The notes under the pieces are model-generated. The model made no database searches. It saw nothing but the letters and a program-made list of their open reading frames with translations, and was not told the origin of the DNA. Below, piece by piece: positions 27,363-35,789 of a DNA stretch of 64,000 bases. How positions within the stretch are numbered: position 1 is the stretch's first letter; every line of letters starts with the position of its first letter. Source of the DNA: Actinomycetota bacterium (GTDB taxonomy: Bacteria > Actinomycetota > Acidimicrobiia > IMCC26256 > JACDBD01); assembly GCA_052390575.1 (NCBI GenBank), contig JBQTGU010000073.1, forward strand, positions 9,742 to 73,741, read 5' to 3'. The translations under genes were made by a program, and so were the position numbers.

Positions 27363-28289
27363 ATGCGCACCCAATCCACGACCGGGAAGCCCGGGCGCCG
27401 CCTCGCGGCCGCGGGCATCGCCCTCGCGGCCGTCGTGGTCGCACTTGCCGTCACCGGCCCCGGGCTCCTGGTGGCGCTGGCGTTCGCGTTCCTGACCCTG
27501 GGCGGCCTGGAACGGCTGTTCCGCCGGCACCGCTACAAGACGTTCCGGACCGGCATCGGCACCGACGTCACCTACTTCCTGACCGGGAACCTCCTCGCCC
27601 TCGGCGTGCTGGTCCCCGTGCTGGTCGTGGTCGGGCTCGTGACCTTCGCCGGCTTGGCCCTCCCGCTCGCCGTCTTCGGCATCGGAGTGGGAGGGGTGCT
27701 CGGCGGGCAGCCGCTCTTGCTGCAGGTGCTGGTGGTGCTCCTCCTCTTCGAGCTGGTCGGCTACTGGGTCCACCGTCTCTTCCACGAAGTCCCCTTCCTG
27801 TGGCGCTTCCACGCCGTCCACCACTCGGCGCGCCAGCTCGACTGGATCGCGGGGACGAGGATCCATCCCGGTGAGATCGCGATCAGCGCGCTGATGTTCG
27901 GCCCGGTGCTCCTGGTTGCATTCGGCGTGACCGTGGGCGGCGGGTTGTTCGTGCTGTTCACGGTCGTTCAGAACATCGCGGGCGCGATCGCGCACGCGAA
28001 CATCAGGTGGCGACTCCGTCCACTGCACCGGCTGGTTCTGACGCCCGAGTACCACCACTGGCACCACTCGCGTGAGCCTGACGCGCTCTACAAGAACTAC
28101 GCCGGCTTCCTGCCGCTCATGGACATGATCTTCGGCACCTACTACATGCCCAAGAACCGCCGACCCCAGGAGTACGGCACCGACGACCCGGTGCCGCCAA
28201 CCGGCTACCTCGCCCAGCTCGCCTACCCGTTCCGCCGTCGGGCACGGACACCCGAGAATCCCACGGATGCGCTGGCTCCGCTGGGATGA
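27363..28289 (+). CDS. Sterol desaturase / fatty acid hydroxylase family membrane protein
   Basis: His boxes HRLFH, HAVHHS and HHWHH. Multi-TM N-terminus. Confidence 0.85.
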   Translation: MRTQSTTGKPGRRLAAAGIALAAVVVALAVTGPGLLVALAFAFLTLGGLERLFRRHRYKTFRTGIGTDVTYFLTGNLLALGVLVPVLVVVGLVTFAGLALPLAVFGIGVGGVLGGQPLLLQVLVVLLLFELVGYWVHRLFHEVPFLWRFHAVHHSARQLDWIAGTRIHPGEIAISALMFGPVLLVAFGVTVGGGLFVLFTVVQNIAGAIAHANIRWRLRPLHRLVLTPEYHHWHHSREPDALYKNYAGFLPLMDMIFGTYYMPKNRRPQEYGTDDPVPPTGYLAQLAYPFRRRARTPENPTDALAPLG

Positions 28290-28831
28290 TGGCGGCCGTG
28301 GAGGCGCCTCCGCTCGGCGACGCGGAGCTGGTGGCGCAGGTGGCGGCGGGCGACCGCCCCGCGCTGGCCGAGCTGTACCGGCGCCACGCCGGCTGGCTCA
28401 CGATGCGCCTGAACCGGCGTTGCGGCGACGGGGAGCTTGTCGACACCGCGGTGCAGGACACGTTCGTGGCGGTGTGGCGCGGCGCCCGGCGCTACCAGGC
28501 ACGGGGCGAGGTCGGCGCGTGGATCTGGGGGATCGGCGTGCGTCGTCTGATCGACCAGCTGCGCAAGCACGGCGGTCGGCCGGTGGCGGTCGACGAGCCC
28601 CCTGCGGACGCCGCGCCCTCGGCGGAGGACAGCGTGCTCCGTGACCTCGGCTACGGCGACGTCGGCGACGCGTTCCGCCGCCTCTCCCCCGAGCTCCAGC
28701 AGGTGCTGGAGGCGGTGGTGCTCGACGGCCTGTCGACGAAGGAGGCGGGCACGCTGCTGGGCATTCCCCAGGGGACGGTGAAGACGCGCCTGATGCGGGC
28801 GCGCGCCGATCTGCGAGAGGAGCTGGCATGA
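28286..28831 (+). CDS. ECF sigma factor
   Basis: 181 aa. Region 2 (DTFVAVWRGARRY) and region 4 (LSTKEAGTLLGIPQGTVKTRL). ATGA overlap with the upstream gene. Confidence 0.85.
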   Translation: MMAAVEAPPLGDAELVAQVAAGDRPALAELYRRHAGWLTMRLNRRCGDGELVDTAVQDTFVAVWRGARRYQARGEVGAWIWGIGVRRLIDQLRKHGGRPVAVDEPPADAAPSAEDSVLRDLGYGDVGDAFRRLSPELQQVLEAVVLDGLSTKEAGTLLGIPQGTVKTRLMRARADLREELA

Positions 28832-29664
28832 ACGCCACCGGCTGGCACGCCGACGACGCGCTCCTCGACCGCTATGCGGTCGGCGCCGTCGCCCGCGCCG
28901 ACGCCGCTTCGGTCGAGGCGCACGTCCTCGCGTGCGCGGAGTGCCGGGCCCGGCTCGCGGCCCGCGCCGACGTGCCGCGTCTCGAGCGCAACTTCGAGTT
29001 CGTGCTGGCCGAGCTGGACGCGCCGCGACGGGGACGGGTCGAGCGCGTCGTTGTGCGGCTGGGCGTGCCCGAGCACGTTGGCCGGTTGATGGCGGCGACG
29101 CCGGCGCTGCGGTGGTCGTGGTTCGCGGCCATCCTGATCGCCCTGCTGTTCGTGGGGACCGCGGTGGGCGAGGCGGCGTCGGCCGACGAGACCCTCCAGG
29201 GATTCCTGTTGGTGGCGCCGCTCGTGCCCGTGCTCGGAGTCGCGCTCTGCTACGGGCCTCGGGTCGACCCGACCCACGAGATCGCGGTGGCCGCGCCCAT
29301 CGACGGGTTCGGCCTCCTCATGATCCGGTCGATGACCGTTCTGGTGACGAGCATGGCGATCAACACCGTGCTCTCGCTCACCCAGCCCGGAGTGGTCGTG
29401 GCGTCGACGGCCTGGCTCGTCCCGGCGCTGGCACTGTCGACGGCGACGCTGGCGCTCTCGAGCTCGATCGAGGGCCGGGTCGCGGCCGGAATCGTCGCGG
29501 GCACCTGGGTCGCGGCGGTGGTCGTGGTCGACCGGGTGGCCGACGATCCGCTCGCCGCCTTCGGGCTGGTCGGGCAGGCGGTGCTCGCGGTCGTGGCGGT
29601 GGCGGCCGCGGCCGTCCTCCTCGCCCGTCGGCGGCGGTTCGCGATGCTCGAGGTCGGCGCGTGA
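28828..29664 (+). CDS. Anti-sigma factor (zf-HC2) fused to a six-TM domain
   Basis: N-terminal HVLACAECRARL, then six hydrophobic segments. ATGA overlap with the sigma gene and GTGA overlap with the ABC ATPase gene. Confidence 0.75.
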   Translation: MNATGWHADDALLDRYAVGAVARADAASVEAHVLACAECRARLAARADVPRLERNFEFVLAELDAPRRGRVERVVVRLGVPEHVGRLMAATPALRWSWFAAILIALLFVGTAVGEAASADETLQGFLLVAPLVPVLGVALCYGPRVDPTHEIAVAAPIDGFGLLMIRSMTVLVTSMAINTVLSLTQPGVVVASTAWLVPALALSTATLALSSSIEGRVAAGIVAGTWVAAVVVVDRVADDPLAAFGLVGQAVLAVVAVAAAAVLLARRRRFAMLEVGA

Positions 29665-30524
29665 GCCCGCCCACCGTCACCGCCTTCGAGGTCGGGAAGC
29701 GCTTCGGTCGTACCGTCGCGCTCGACGAGGTGTCGGTGTCGTTCGCCCGCGGTGCCACCGGCGTGATCGGGCCCAACGGCTCGGGCAAGAGCACGCTGCT
29801 GCGCTGCGTCGCCACGGTGATGCCCCCCGACGCCGGCCGGATCCGGGTCGGCGGGCTCGACCCGAGCGAACCGGGCGACCAGGTCGCCATCCGCCGGCTT
29901 CTCGGCTATCTCCCCCAGGACCCCGGCCTCCCCCGGCGCATGCGCGCGTTCGACTTCGTCGACTACGTCGCCGTCCTCAAGGAGATGCACGACCAGCGGG
30001 CCCGCCATTACGAGGTGCGGCGCGCCCTCGACCGGGTCAACCTCGACGGCGCGGCCCGCGCGAAGGTCAAGGCGCTCTCGGGCGGGATGCGCCACCGGCT
30101 CGCGCTGGCGCAGGCGTTCCTCGGTGAGCCCGAGCTGCTCGTGCTCGACGAGCCCGCCACCGGCCTCGACCCGCACCAGCGCAAGCGGCTCACCGACACC
30201 TTGGCGTCGTTGGCGCCGGACGCCACCGTCGTGCTCTCGACCCACCTCCCCGACGACGTCAGCGCGTGCTGCGACCACGTCGTCGTCCTCGACCACGGCC
30301 GGGTGGTGTACGACGGCACGCCCGAGAGCCTGACCGCGACCGCCGCCGAACGGGTGTGGCTGGCCGACACCCGCCCCTCGCTTGCCCGCGTGAGTTGGGC
30401 GGTGGCGGGCGGCCGCTACCGGTGCGCGGGCGACCCGCCGCCCGGCGCCGAGGTGGTGGAGCCGACGCTCGAGGACGCCTACCTGCTGCTGGTGGGCGAC
30501 GCGCCCGGCGCCCGCGGCGCGTAG
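29661..30524 (+). CDS. ABC transporter ATP-binding protein with no separate permease gene
   Basis: Walker A GPNGSGKST, signature LSGGMRHR, Walker B LVLDEP. Confidence 0.9.
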   Translation: MSPPTVTAFEVGKRFGRTVALDEVSVSFARGATGVIGPNGSGKSTLLRCVATVMPPDAGRIRVGGLDPSEPGDQVAIRRLLGYLPQDPGLPRRMRAFDFVDYVAVLKEMHDQRARHYEVRRALDRVNLDGAARAKVKALSGGMRHRLALAQAFLGEPELLVLDEPATGLDPHQRKRLTDTLASLAPDATVVLSTHLPDDVSACCDHVVVLDHGRVVYDGTPESLTATAAERVWLADTRPSLARVSWAVAGGRYRCAGDPPPGAEVVEPTLEDAYLLLVGDAPGARGA

Positions 30525-30536
30525 GGCCGGGCAAAG

Positions 30537-30574
30537 GGGTGGTGGTAGCGAGCCGGCCTGTACGCCGGAGACTG
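30537..30574 (+). repeat. Short dispersed repeat, copy 2
   Basis: GGTGGTGGTAGCGAGCCGGCCTGTACGCCGGAGACTGT. Same orientation as copy 1. Confidence 0.6.
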
Positions 30575-30935
30575 TTGAGGCGCGCTTGCGACCTGCGAGT
30601 TCTCGCGCGGTGCATCCTGACCTGCGATTTTGCATCCTGCTGGTTCCGGACGTTTCCGGTGGTTTCTTGGTCTCGCGCGGGACTTTTCGCGGGACCGCAA
30701 TGCGAGCGCCCGCCGGGCAAAACGGTACTGATGTCAGCGTGGGCAAGAGGTGAGTAGCGAACTCGAGGTCGACGCCGTGCTCCGCAAGGACTAGCCGGGG
30801 TCGCTTCGTAGGAGCAGCTATGTGGCAGGGTGCGGATCTCGCCGCGAAACCGTCGAGCACGCCGCGTCGGAGCGTTCGGCCTGTCTTCCGAAGCGGTCGC
30901 CCGGGCCCGACGCCGGCCCGGAGCCGTCCCGCGCC

Positions 30936-31298
30936 CTAAGGCCGGGACGTGCCCGGGGCCGGTTCGTCCCGGTCGGGGACGCGCAACATCACGGTGTCGC
31001 CTTCGATCGTCGTCTCGTAACAGCGGAGTGGACGGCGGGCTGGTCCCCTGAGCACCTCGCCGGTGCGGATGTCGAATACCGCACCGTGCAGAGGACATTC
31101 GAGCAAATAGCGGTCCACGAGCCGTCCCGCCCTCAACGGGCCAGCCGCGTGGCTGCACTCGCCCTGTGTCGAGTAGCAGGTGTCGTCAATGCGCACGAGA
31201 ACGACCTCGATGCCGTCCACGACGACGCCGACAGGTTGCCCGAGTGGCAGGTCGCCGAGCTGGGCCGCGGCAGTGTGCTCGCCGTTCGATGGGTCCAT
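30936..31298 (-). CDS. Rieske [2Fe-2S] ferredoxin component of a ring-hydroxylating oxygenase
   Basis: 120 aa with CSHAAG...CPLHG. Confidence 0.85.
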   Translation of the reverse strand: MDPSNGEHTAAAQLGDLPLGQPVGVVVDGIEVVLVRIDDTCYSTQGECSHAAGPLRAGRLVDRYLLECPLHGAVFDIRTGEVLRGPARRPLRCYETTIEGDTVMLRVPDRDEPAPGTSRP

Positions 31299-31311
31299 TC
31301 GTCTCCGTGGC

Positions 31312-32142
31312 TCAGAGGTCCTCGCCGCCGGCCACCGCCATGAGACCCCGTACGCCGATGCCGCCGTCGCTGTGGATGACGGCCCCGGTCATTGCCCGGG
31401 AGTTCTCGGGCGACGCGAGCAGTACGTAGGCCGCGGCATGGTCCTCGGGTGTCGGCGCGATATGGAGCGGTGTCACCCCACGAATCGTGTTCTCGATGTC
31501 GGGGACGTCGAACGCCCGGAGGGCCTCGCCGTGCTCGTCGGTCCCGAGCGCCGTAGGAAGGCGGAGGTCGGTGACGGTGCCGCCAGGTGCGACGCCGTTG
31601 ACCCTGACCTTGGGCGCGAGCTCGTGCGCCAACTGGCGGATCAGGCCCACGACCGCGTGCTTCGAGGCGGTGTACACCGGCCCGCCGCCGCCGGCGTAGA
31701 AGCCGGCGTTCGATGCGGTGAAGATCATCGAGCCCTGCGTGCGGACCAGCTCGGAGAGCGCGGCCTTGGCGCCGAGCAGGTAGCCCTTCACGTTGACGGC
31801 GAAGACCGAGTCGAAGACGTCCTCGACGGCGTCGTCGGCGAGCGCGACGAGGGGTGTGAACCCGTCCATGATCCCCGAGTTGCCGACGAAGACGTCGAGG
31901 CCCCCGAAGGCGCTGACCGTCTCCTTCACGGCGTGGACGTTGTCCTCGAGCCTGGTGACGTCCCCCTGGATGGCGACGACGACGTCGGGGTGCTCGGACG
32001 CCAGCCGCTCCACCTTCTCGGCGGAGATCTCGAGCACGCCTACCCGGGCGCCCTCCTTCACGAACCGGTCGACCACCCCGCGACCGATGCCCGATCCGCC
32101 CCCTGTCACCAGGGCAGTCCTGCCTTCCAGCCAGCCGGACAT
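31312..32142 (-). CDS. cis-dihydrodiol dehydrogenase-like SDR (BphB/HcaB-like)
   Basis: TGGGSGIG, YTASKHAV. GGAAGGAGGAG RBS. Confidence 0.8.
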   Translation of the reverse strand: MSGWLEGRTALVTGGGSGIGRGVVDRFVKEGARVGVLEISAEKVERLASEHPDVVVAIQGDVTRLEDNVHAVKETVSAFGGLDVFVGNSGIMDGFTPLVALADDAVEDVFDSVFAVNVKGYLLGAKAALSELVRTQGSMIFTASNAGFYAGGGGPVYTASKHAVVGLIRQLAHELAPKVRVNGVAPGGTVTDLRLPTALGTDEHGEALRAFDVPDIENTIRGVTPLHIAPTPEDHAAAYVLLASPENSRAMTGAVIHSDGGIGVRGLMAVAGGEDL

Positions 32143-32160
32143 GCTCCTCCTTCCCGTCCC

Positions 32161-32424
32161 CTACGGGCGTTGCGGGCTTGGCCCGTACGGGCTGCTCAGG
32201 AACTCGGCAAAGGTCTCCGGTGTCTGCCAGGTGAGGCTGTCGAGCTCGAGCGGGTCGAGCGAGATCGTGTAGCCGAGACGGGGTGACTCGATCTCGAGCC
32301 GGCTGCCGTTGCGCGTGTACACCTTCGTGAGATGCACGACCGCGAACTCGTTGCCGACGACGATCGTCTCGCCGCGCCGAGGAAACTCCTTTGTGCCGTC
32401 GATGAAGTCGTCGGGTCGCGCCAC
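32161..32424 (-). CDS. Conserved small hypothetical protein (87 aa)
   Basis: GTG start with GAGGAG RBS. Located between the oxygenase beta subunit and the dehydrogenase. Confidence 0.55.
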   Translation of the reverse strand: MARPDDFIDGTKEFPRRGETIVVGNEFAVVHLTKVYTRNGSRLEIESPRLGYTISLDPLELDSLTWQTPETFAEFLSSPYGPSPQRP

Positions 32425-32440
32425 GCTGCTCCTCGTCCGG

Positions 32441-32962
32441 TCAGAAGAAGATGCTGAGGTTGTACCCGCCGAGCACCGTCTGGTCGAGGTAGATGGTCCG
32501 ACGCGCGATCGTCAGCCGCGTGGCAGTGTCACGGAGCAGGTCGCGGCGGGAGCACGAGAACAGCTCGGGGGCCGAGGTGTCGCTGCGGGTCCGGAAGACG
32601 AGGACGTTGCTCGTCACGTCGAGCTCCCCGTCGGTAGTGGGGTCCACCCGTACGTTCGTGACGAAGCGTCGCGTCCGAGACGGCGGGTCCTCGGCCCACG
32701 CGAACTCGGTGTCGAGACGGCGGACCCGCATCGAGAGCGATGCATGGTCCTCAGCGAAAAAGTCCATGGCGTCGTCGAAGCCGGGCCCGGCGCTCCGGGA
32801 TCGAGTCGCGCGAACCGGCATCCGGTACCGGACGTCGTCGGTCAGGAGGCCGAGCCACTCGTCGAAGCGGCCGGTGTCGAGCAGGTCCGCCTCGCGGTAG
32901 AGGAACTGGACCGCCCGGTCGTAGGTGTCACGCTCCACCGCCGCACCCGGAGCGCTCGTCAC
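32441..32962 (-). CDS. Aromatic ring-hydroxylating dioxygenase beta subunit
   Basis: 173 aa. FLYREADLLD...WLGLLTDDV...NTF2-like fold. GTGA overlap with the alpha subunit gene. Confidence 0.85.
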   Translation of the reverse strand: MTSAPGAAVERDTYDRAVQFLYREADLLDTGRFDEWLGLLTDDVRYRMPVRATRSRSAGPGFDDAMDFFAEDHASLSMRVRRLDTEFAWAEDPPSRTRRFVTNVRVDPTTDGELDVTSNVLVFRTRSDTSAPELFSCSRRDLLRDTATRLTIARRTIYLDQTVLGGYNLSIFF

Positions 32963-34296
32963 GCCGACGTCATCCACTCCAGCCACTCCTGGTAGAAAGC
33001 CCGCTGGGGCCACTCGCCGTAGCTGCTCGGGTAGGCGGCACCCGGCCCTGGCCAGTCGGTCGCCGGCGGTACGCCGATCCCCATGACATGGTTGAATCCG
33101 TACCGCTGGGCGATCTTGCCGGTGTTGGCCCGGGTGCACTCGGTCCAGTTCTCCATGTCGTCCTGCTCGAAGGTCCCCGAGGGCCCGAACGTGCGGACGT
33201 AGGTTTCGTAGGACGCCTGCCGGTACGACGGTGGGGCCGTCTTCTCGACCAGGAACCACGACCAGACCTGCATGCTGGTCGGGCCGGTCGGCTCCCACGT
33301 CCGGAAGGTCAGGAACGGCGTTGGCGGGTTCTTGAGGTCGCGCCCGAGCATCACGTTGAGCAGTGACAGGTTCGGGAAGACGTTGCCGTGGATGAAGTTG
33401 CTGCCCCGCAGGATCTGCGCCTGCTCGGGACGCAGGTTGCGCTCGATCTCGGGCCACATCTCTTCGGGCAGGCCGAGGTAAGGGGGCAGCGGAATCTCCG
33501 GCGGCGGTCCAACCAGCCCCATCGTGTGGGAGTGGTCGGTGACGACCAGGTGCCCGTACATGGCGAACTTCGGATCAGGCGGGAGGATCCCCAGGTCGAC
33601 GGCGTGCGAGTGCGTCGTGAGGGTGTGGTAGTTGTCACCGATGAAGTTGTCGGCCCCGAACTTCCAGTTGGCCGGCACCTCCCAGCGTTGGGGTGTGCCG
33701 ACGACCTCCATCCCGCCGTCGCACCGGGCGACCAGCAGGTCGAGGTAGAAGCGCATGTCGCCCAGGTAGTCGGCGAGCGGCGGCGCGTCAGCGTTCCAGG
33801 TGCCGAACAGCATCCCGCCGTAGCTGTCGAGCTGAGTGACGGGCAGCAGCCCGAGCCCGGACTTGTCGAGCCCTTCCTCGCCGTAGGCCTCCCGCTCCGC
33901 CGGGACCCCCACCAGCTCGCCGGTGTTGCGGTACGCCCAGCCGTGGTACGGGCAGCGGAAGAACGACGCGTTGTCCATGTCGGTGCGGCAGACGCGCATC
34001 CCGCGGTGGCGGCACGTGTTGAGGAACGCCCGGACGACACCGTCGTCGCCCCGGGCGACGACGATGGGCTCGCTGGCCAGGCGGCGGGTCACGTAGTCGC
34101 CGGGCTGTGGCACCTCGGTCTCGTGCGCGACGAACAGCCACGCCCGCCGGAAGATCCGATCGAGCTCGAGCTCGTGGACCTCGGCGTCGGCGAAGATGCG
34201 GCGGGAGACGTCTCCGTGCTCCGGACGGACGAGAGCGTCGAGCTCGGCGCCGTCGGAGAGCCGGGCGGCCGGTTGCGCGGTCCTGGCCTTTGCCAT
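32959..34296 (-). CDS. Aromatic ring-hydroxylating dioxygenase alpha subunit (Rieske)
   Basis: 445 aa. CRHRGMRV...CPYHGW Rieske motif and DNYHTLTTH iron site. Confidence 0.9.
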   Translation of the reverse strand: MAKARTAQPAARLSDGAELDALVRPEHGDVSRRIFADAEVHELELDRIFRRAWLFVAHETEVPQPGDYVTRRLASEPIVVARGDDGVVRAFLNTCRHRGMRVCRTDMDNASFFRCPYHGWAYRNTGELVGVPAEREAYGEEGLDKSGLGLLPVTQLDSYGGMLFGTWNADAPPLADYLGDMRFYLDLLVARCDGGMEVVGTPQRWEVPANWKFGADNFIGDNYHTLTTHSHAVDLGILPPDPKFAMYGHLVVTDHSHTMGLVGPPPEIPLPPYLGLPEEMWPEIERNLRPEQAQILRGSNFIHGNVFPNLSLLNVMLGRDLKNPPTPFLTFRTWEPTGPTSMQVWSWFLVEKTAPPSYRQASYETYVRTFGPSGTFEQDDMENWTECTRANTGKIAQRYGFNHVMGIGVPPATDWPGPGAAYPSSYGEWPQRAFYQEWLEWMTSA

Positions 34297-34305
34297 CGCG
34301 GCGCG

Positions 34306-34339
34306 ACCGTATGGGTTCTGTCTACAGTAGTCAAGACAC
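34306..34339. promoter_or_regulatory. Promoter/operator region between the oxygenase alpha and DUF2269 genes
   Basis: Plus strand reads TTCTGTCTACAGTAGTCAAGACAC. Minus strand reads TTGACT-17-TACGGT, ending 9 nt before ATG 34296. Confidence 0.45.
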
Positions 34340-34378
34340 AGCGGGGCAGCCCGTGGGCTCGGAGAAGAGAGGTACCTG

Positions 34379-34816
34379 ATGCGCAACTTCCTGCTGTACG
34401 TGCACGTCTTGTTGGCGATCGTGCTGCTCGGGCCCCTGTTCCTGGGCCATTTCGCCATGCCGCCGATCCTGCGGCGGGGGCGCGACGCCTTGCCGCTGGC
34501 GCGCTTCTTCCACACGCTCGAGGGCAGGGTGGCGCCGGCGACTCTGCTCATCCTCGTCTTCGGGGTGCTGCTGGTGGAGGACGTCGGGTTCAGCTACGCC
34601 GACACCTGGATCTGGCTCGCCATCGTCCTCGTGTTGGTGGCTACGGCCCTCGGCGGCGGCCTGATCGGCCCGGCGGAGAACCGCGCCATCGAGACGATCG
34701 AGAGCGGGAGCGACGCCTCGGGACTGATCCTGCGCATCCAGGTCCTCGGGCTCGTGAACGTCGTGAACCTGGCGGTCATCCTGTGGCTGATGATCGAGAA
34801 GCCCGGCTTGGGTTGA
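34379..34816 (+). CDS. DUF2269-like four-TM membrane protein
   Basis: 145 aa, hydrophobic, with RBS GGAGAAGAGAGG. Confidence 0.65.
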   Translation: MRNFLLYVHVLLAIVLLGPLFLGHFAMPPILRRGRDALPLARFFHTLEGRVAPATLLILVFGVLLVEDVGFSYADTWIWLAIVLVLVATALGGGLIGPAENRAIETIESGSDASGLILRIQVLGLVNVVNLAVILWLMIEKPGLG

Positions 34817-34820
34817 CCGG

Positions 34821-35789
34821 TCAGCCCGGCAGGGACCGTCCCAGGAGCGCAGCCGCGTCGGCCGCGATGCGGTCAGCGGTCGGGACGACCACGTCGAGGA
34901 GCTCCTCGGCGAAGGGCGCGGGCGCGTCGAGCATGCACACCAGACGAGCCCGAGTGGCGGGGCGCTCCTCGAGGACCCGCGCCATGAGATAGGAGGCGGT
35001 GCTCCCGCGCCCGTGCGCCTCGTCGACGAAGACAGCCGCGGGGTGGTCGGCGACCACGCGGAGCACGTCGCCGACGGGCAACGGGGCGAGCGTCCGCAGG
35101 TTCAGGACCGAAGCCCGGATACCCGCCGCGCCGAGCACGTCGGCAGCCGCCATTGCGCGCTGCGTCATGACCGAGTACGCGACGAGGACGACGTCGCCAC
35201 CCTCGCGCACCAGGTCGGCGCGGCAGATGGCATCGTCGGGTTCCGACGGGATTGGCCCGGTGGCGTGGGCGAGCAAGAGGTGGTCGACGAGGACTACCGG
35301 GTCGTCGCCGTGAAAGGCGGCGTGCACGAGCCCGTCGACGTCGGCGGGCGTGGCGGGAGCGAAGATCCGGAGGCCGGGAACGTTGTGGAGCATGGCCTGG
35401 GGCTCATGCTCGTGCTGGGGGCCCGACGAGCGCCGCGAGCCCGCAAGGATGTGGAACACGACCGGTGCGGTGACCCGCCCGCCCGACAGGTACCGCACGT
35501 TCGGTGCCTCGTTCACGATCTGGGGCCACCCGTAGAACATGAAGCTCGAGGTGTTGAGCGACACCAGCGGGCGCAGGCCCCCCATCGCTGCCCCCACGCC
35601 GAACCCACACTGCGCCATCTCGCTGATCGGCGGCTGGACGATGCGGTCGGCGTGCCGCTCGATCAGTCCGTCGGGCGGGTTGAACGGGGCGCTGAAGTAC
35701 CCCGAGACCATGACGATGCTCGGGTCGGCATCGATCGCGCGTGATACCGCCCGGGCCCGCGCCTCCCAGTACTGCATGGCGACGGTCAT
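34821..35789 (-). CDS. TPP-dependent 2-oxoacid/acetoin dehydrogenase E1 beta-like subunit (pair 1, divergent)
   Basis: 322 aa. PISEMAQCGFGVGAAMGG and a transketolase C-terminal-like region. ATGA overlap with the alpha subunit gene. Confidence 0.8.
   Translation of the reverse strand: MTVAMQYWEARARAVSRAIDADPSIVMVSGYFSAPFNPPDGLIERHADRIVQPPISEMAQCGFGVGAAMGGLRPLVSLNTSSFMFYGWPQIVNEAPNVRYLSGGRVTAPVVFHILAGSRRSSGPQHEHEPQAMLHNVPGLRIFAPATPADVDGLVHAAFHGDDPVVLVDHLLLAHATGPIPSEPDDAICRADLVREGGDVVLVAYSVMTQRAMAAADVLGAAGIRASVLNLRTLAPLPVGDVLRVVADHPAAVFVDEAHGRGSTASYLMARVLEERPATRARLVCMLDAPAPFAEELLDVVVPTADRIAADAAALLGRSLPG

Noticed and set aside
18086-30574. The two direct repeats as att sites of a 12.5-kb integrated mobile element.
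   Set aside because: There is no integrase, recombinase, transposase, tRNA gene or phage/conjugation gene between or beside them. The bracketed genes are ordinary envelope and regulatory genes. I kept it only as a low-probability alternative in the repeat finding.
34811-34823. The palindrome TGACCGGTCA between the DUF2269 gene and the E1 beta gene as a regulatory site.
   Set aside because: It is simply two convergent stop codons (TGA / TCA) separated by 4 nt.
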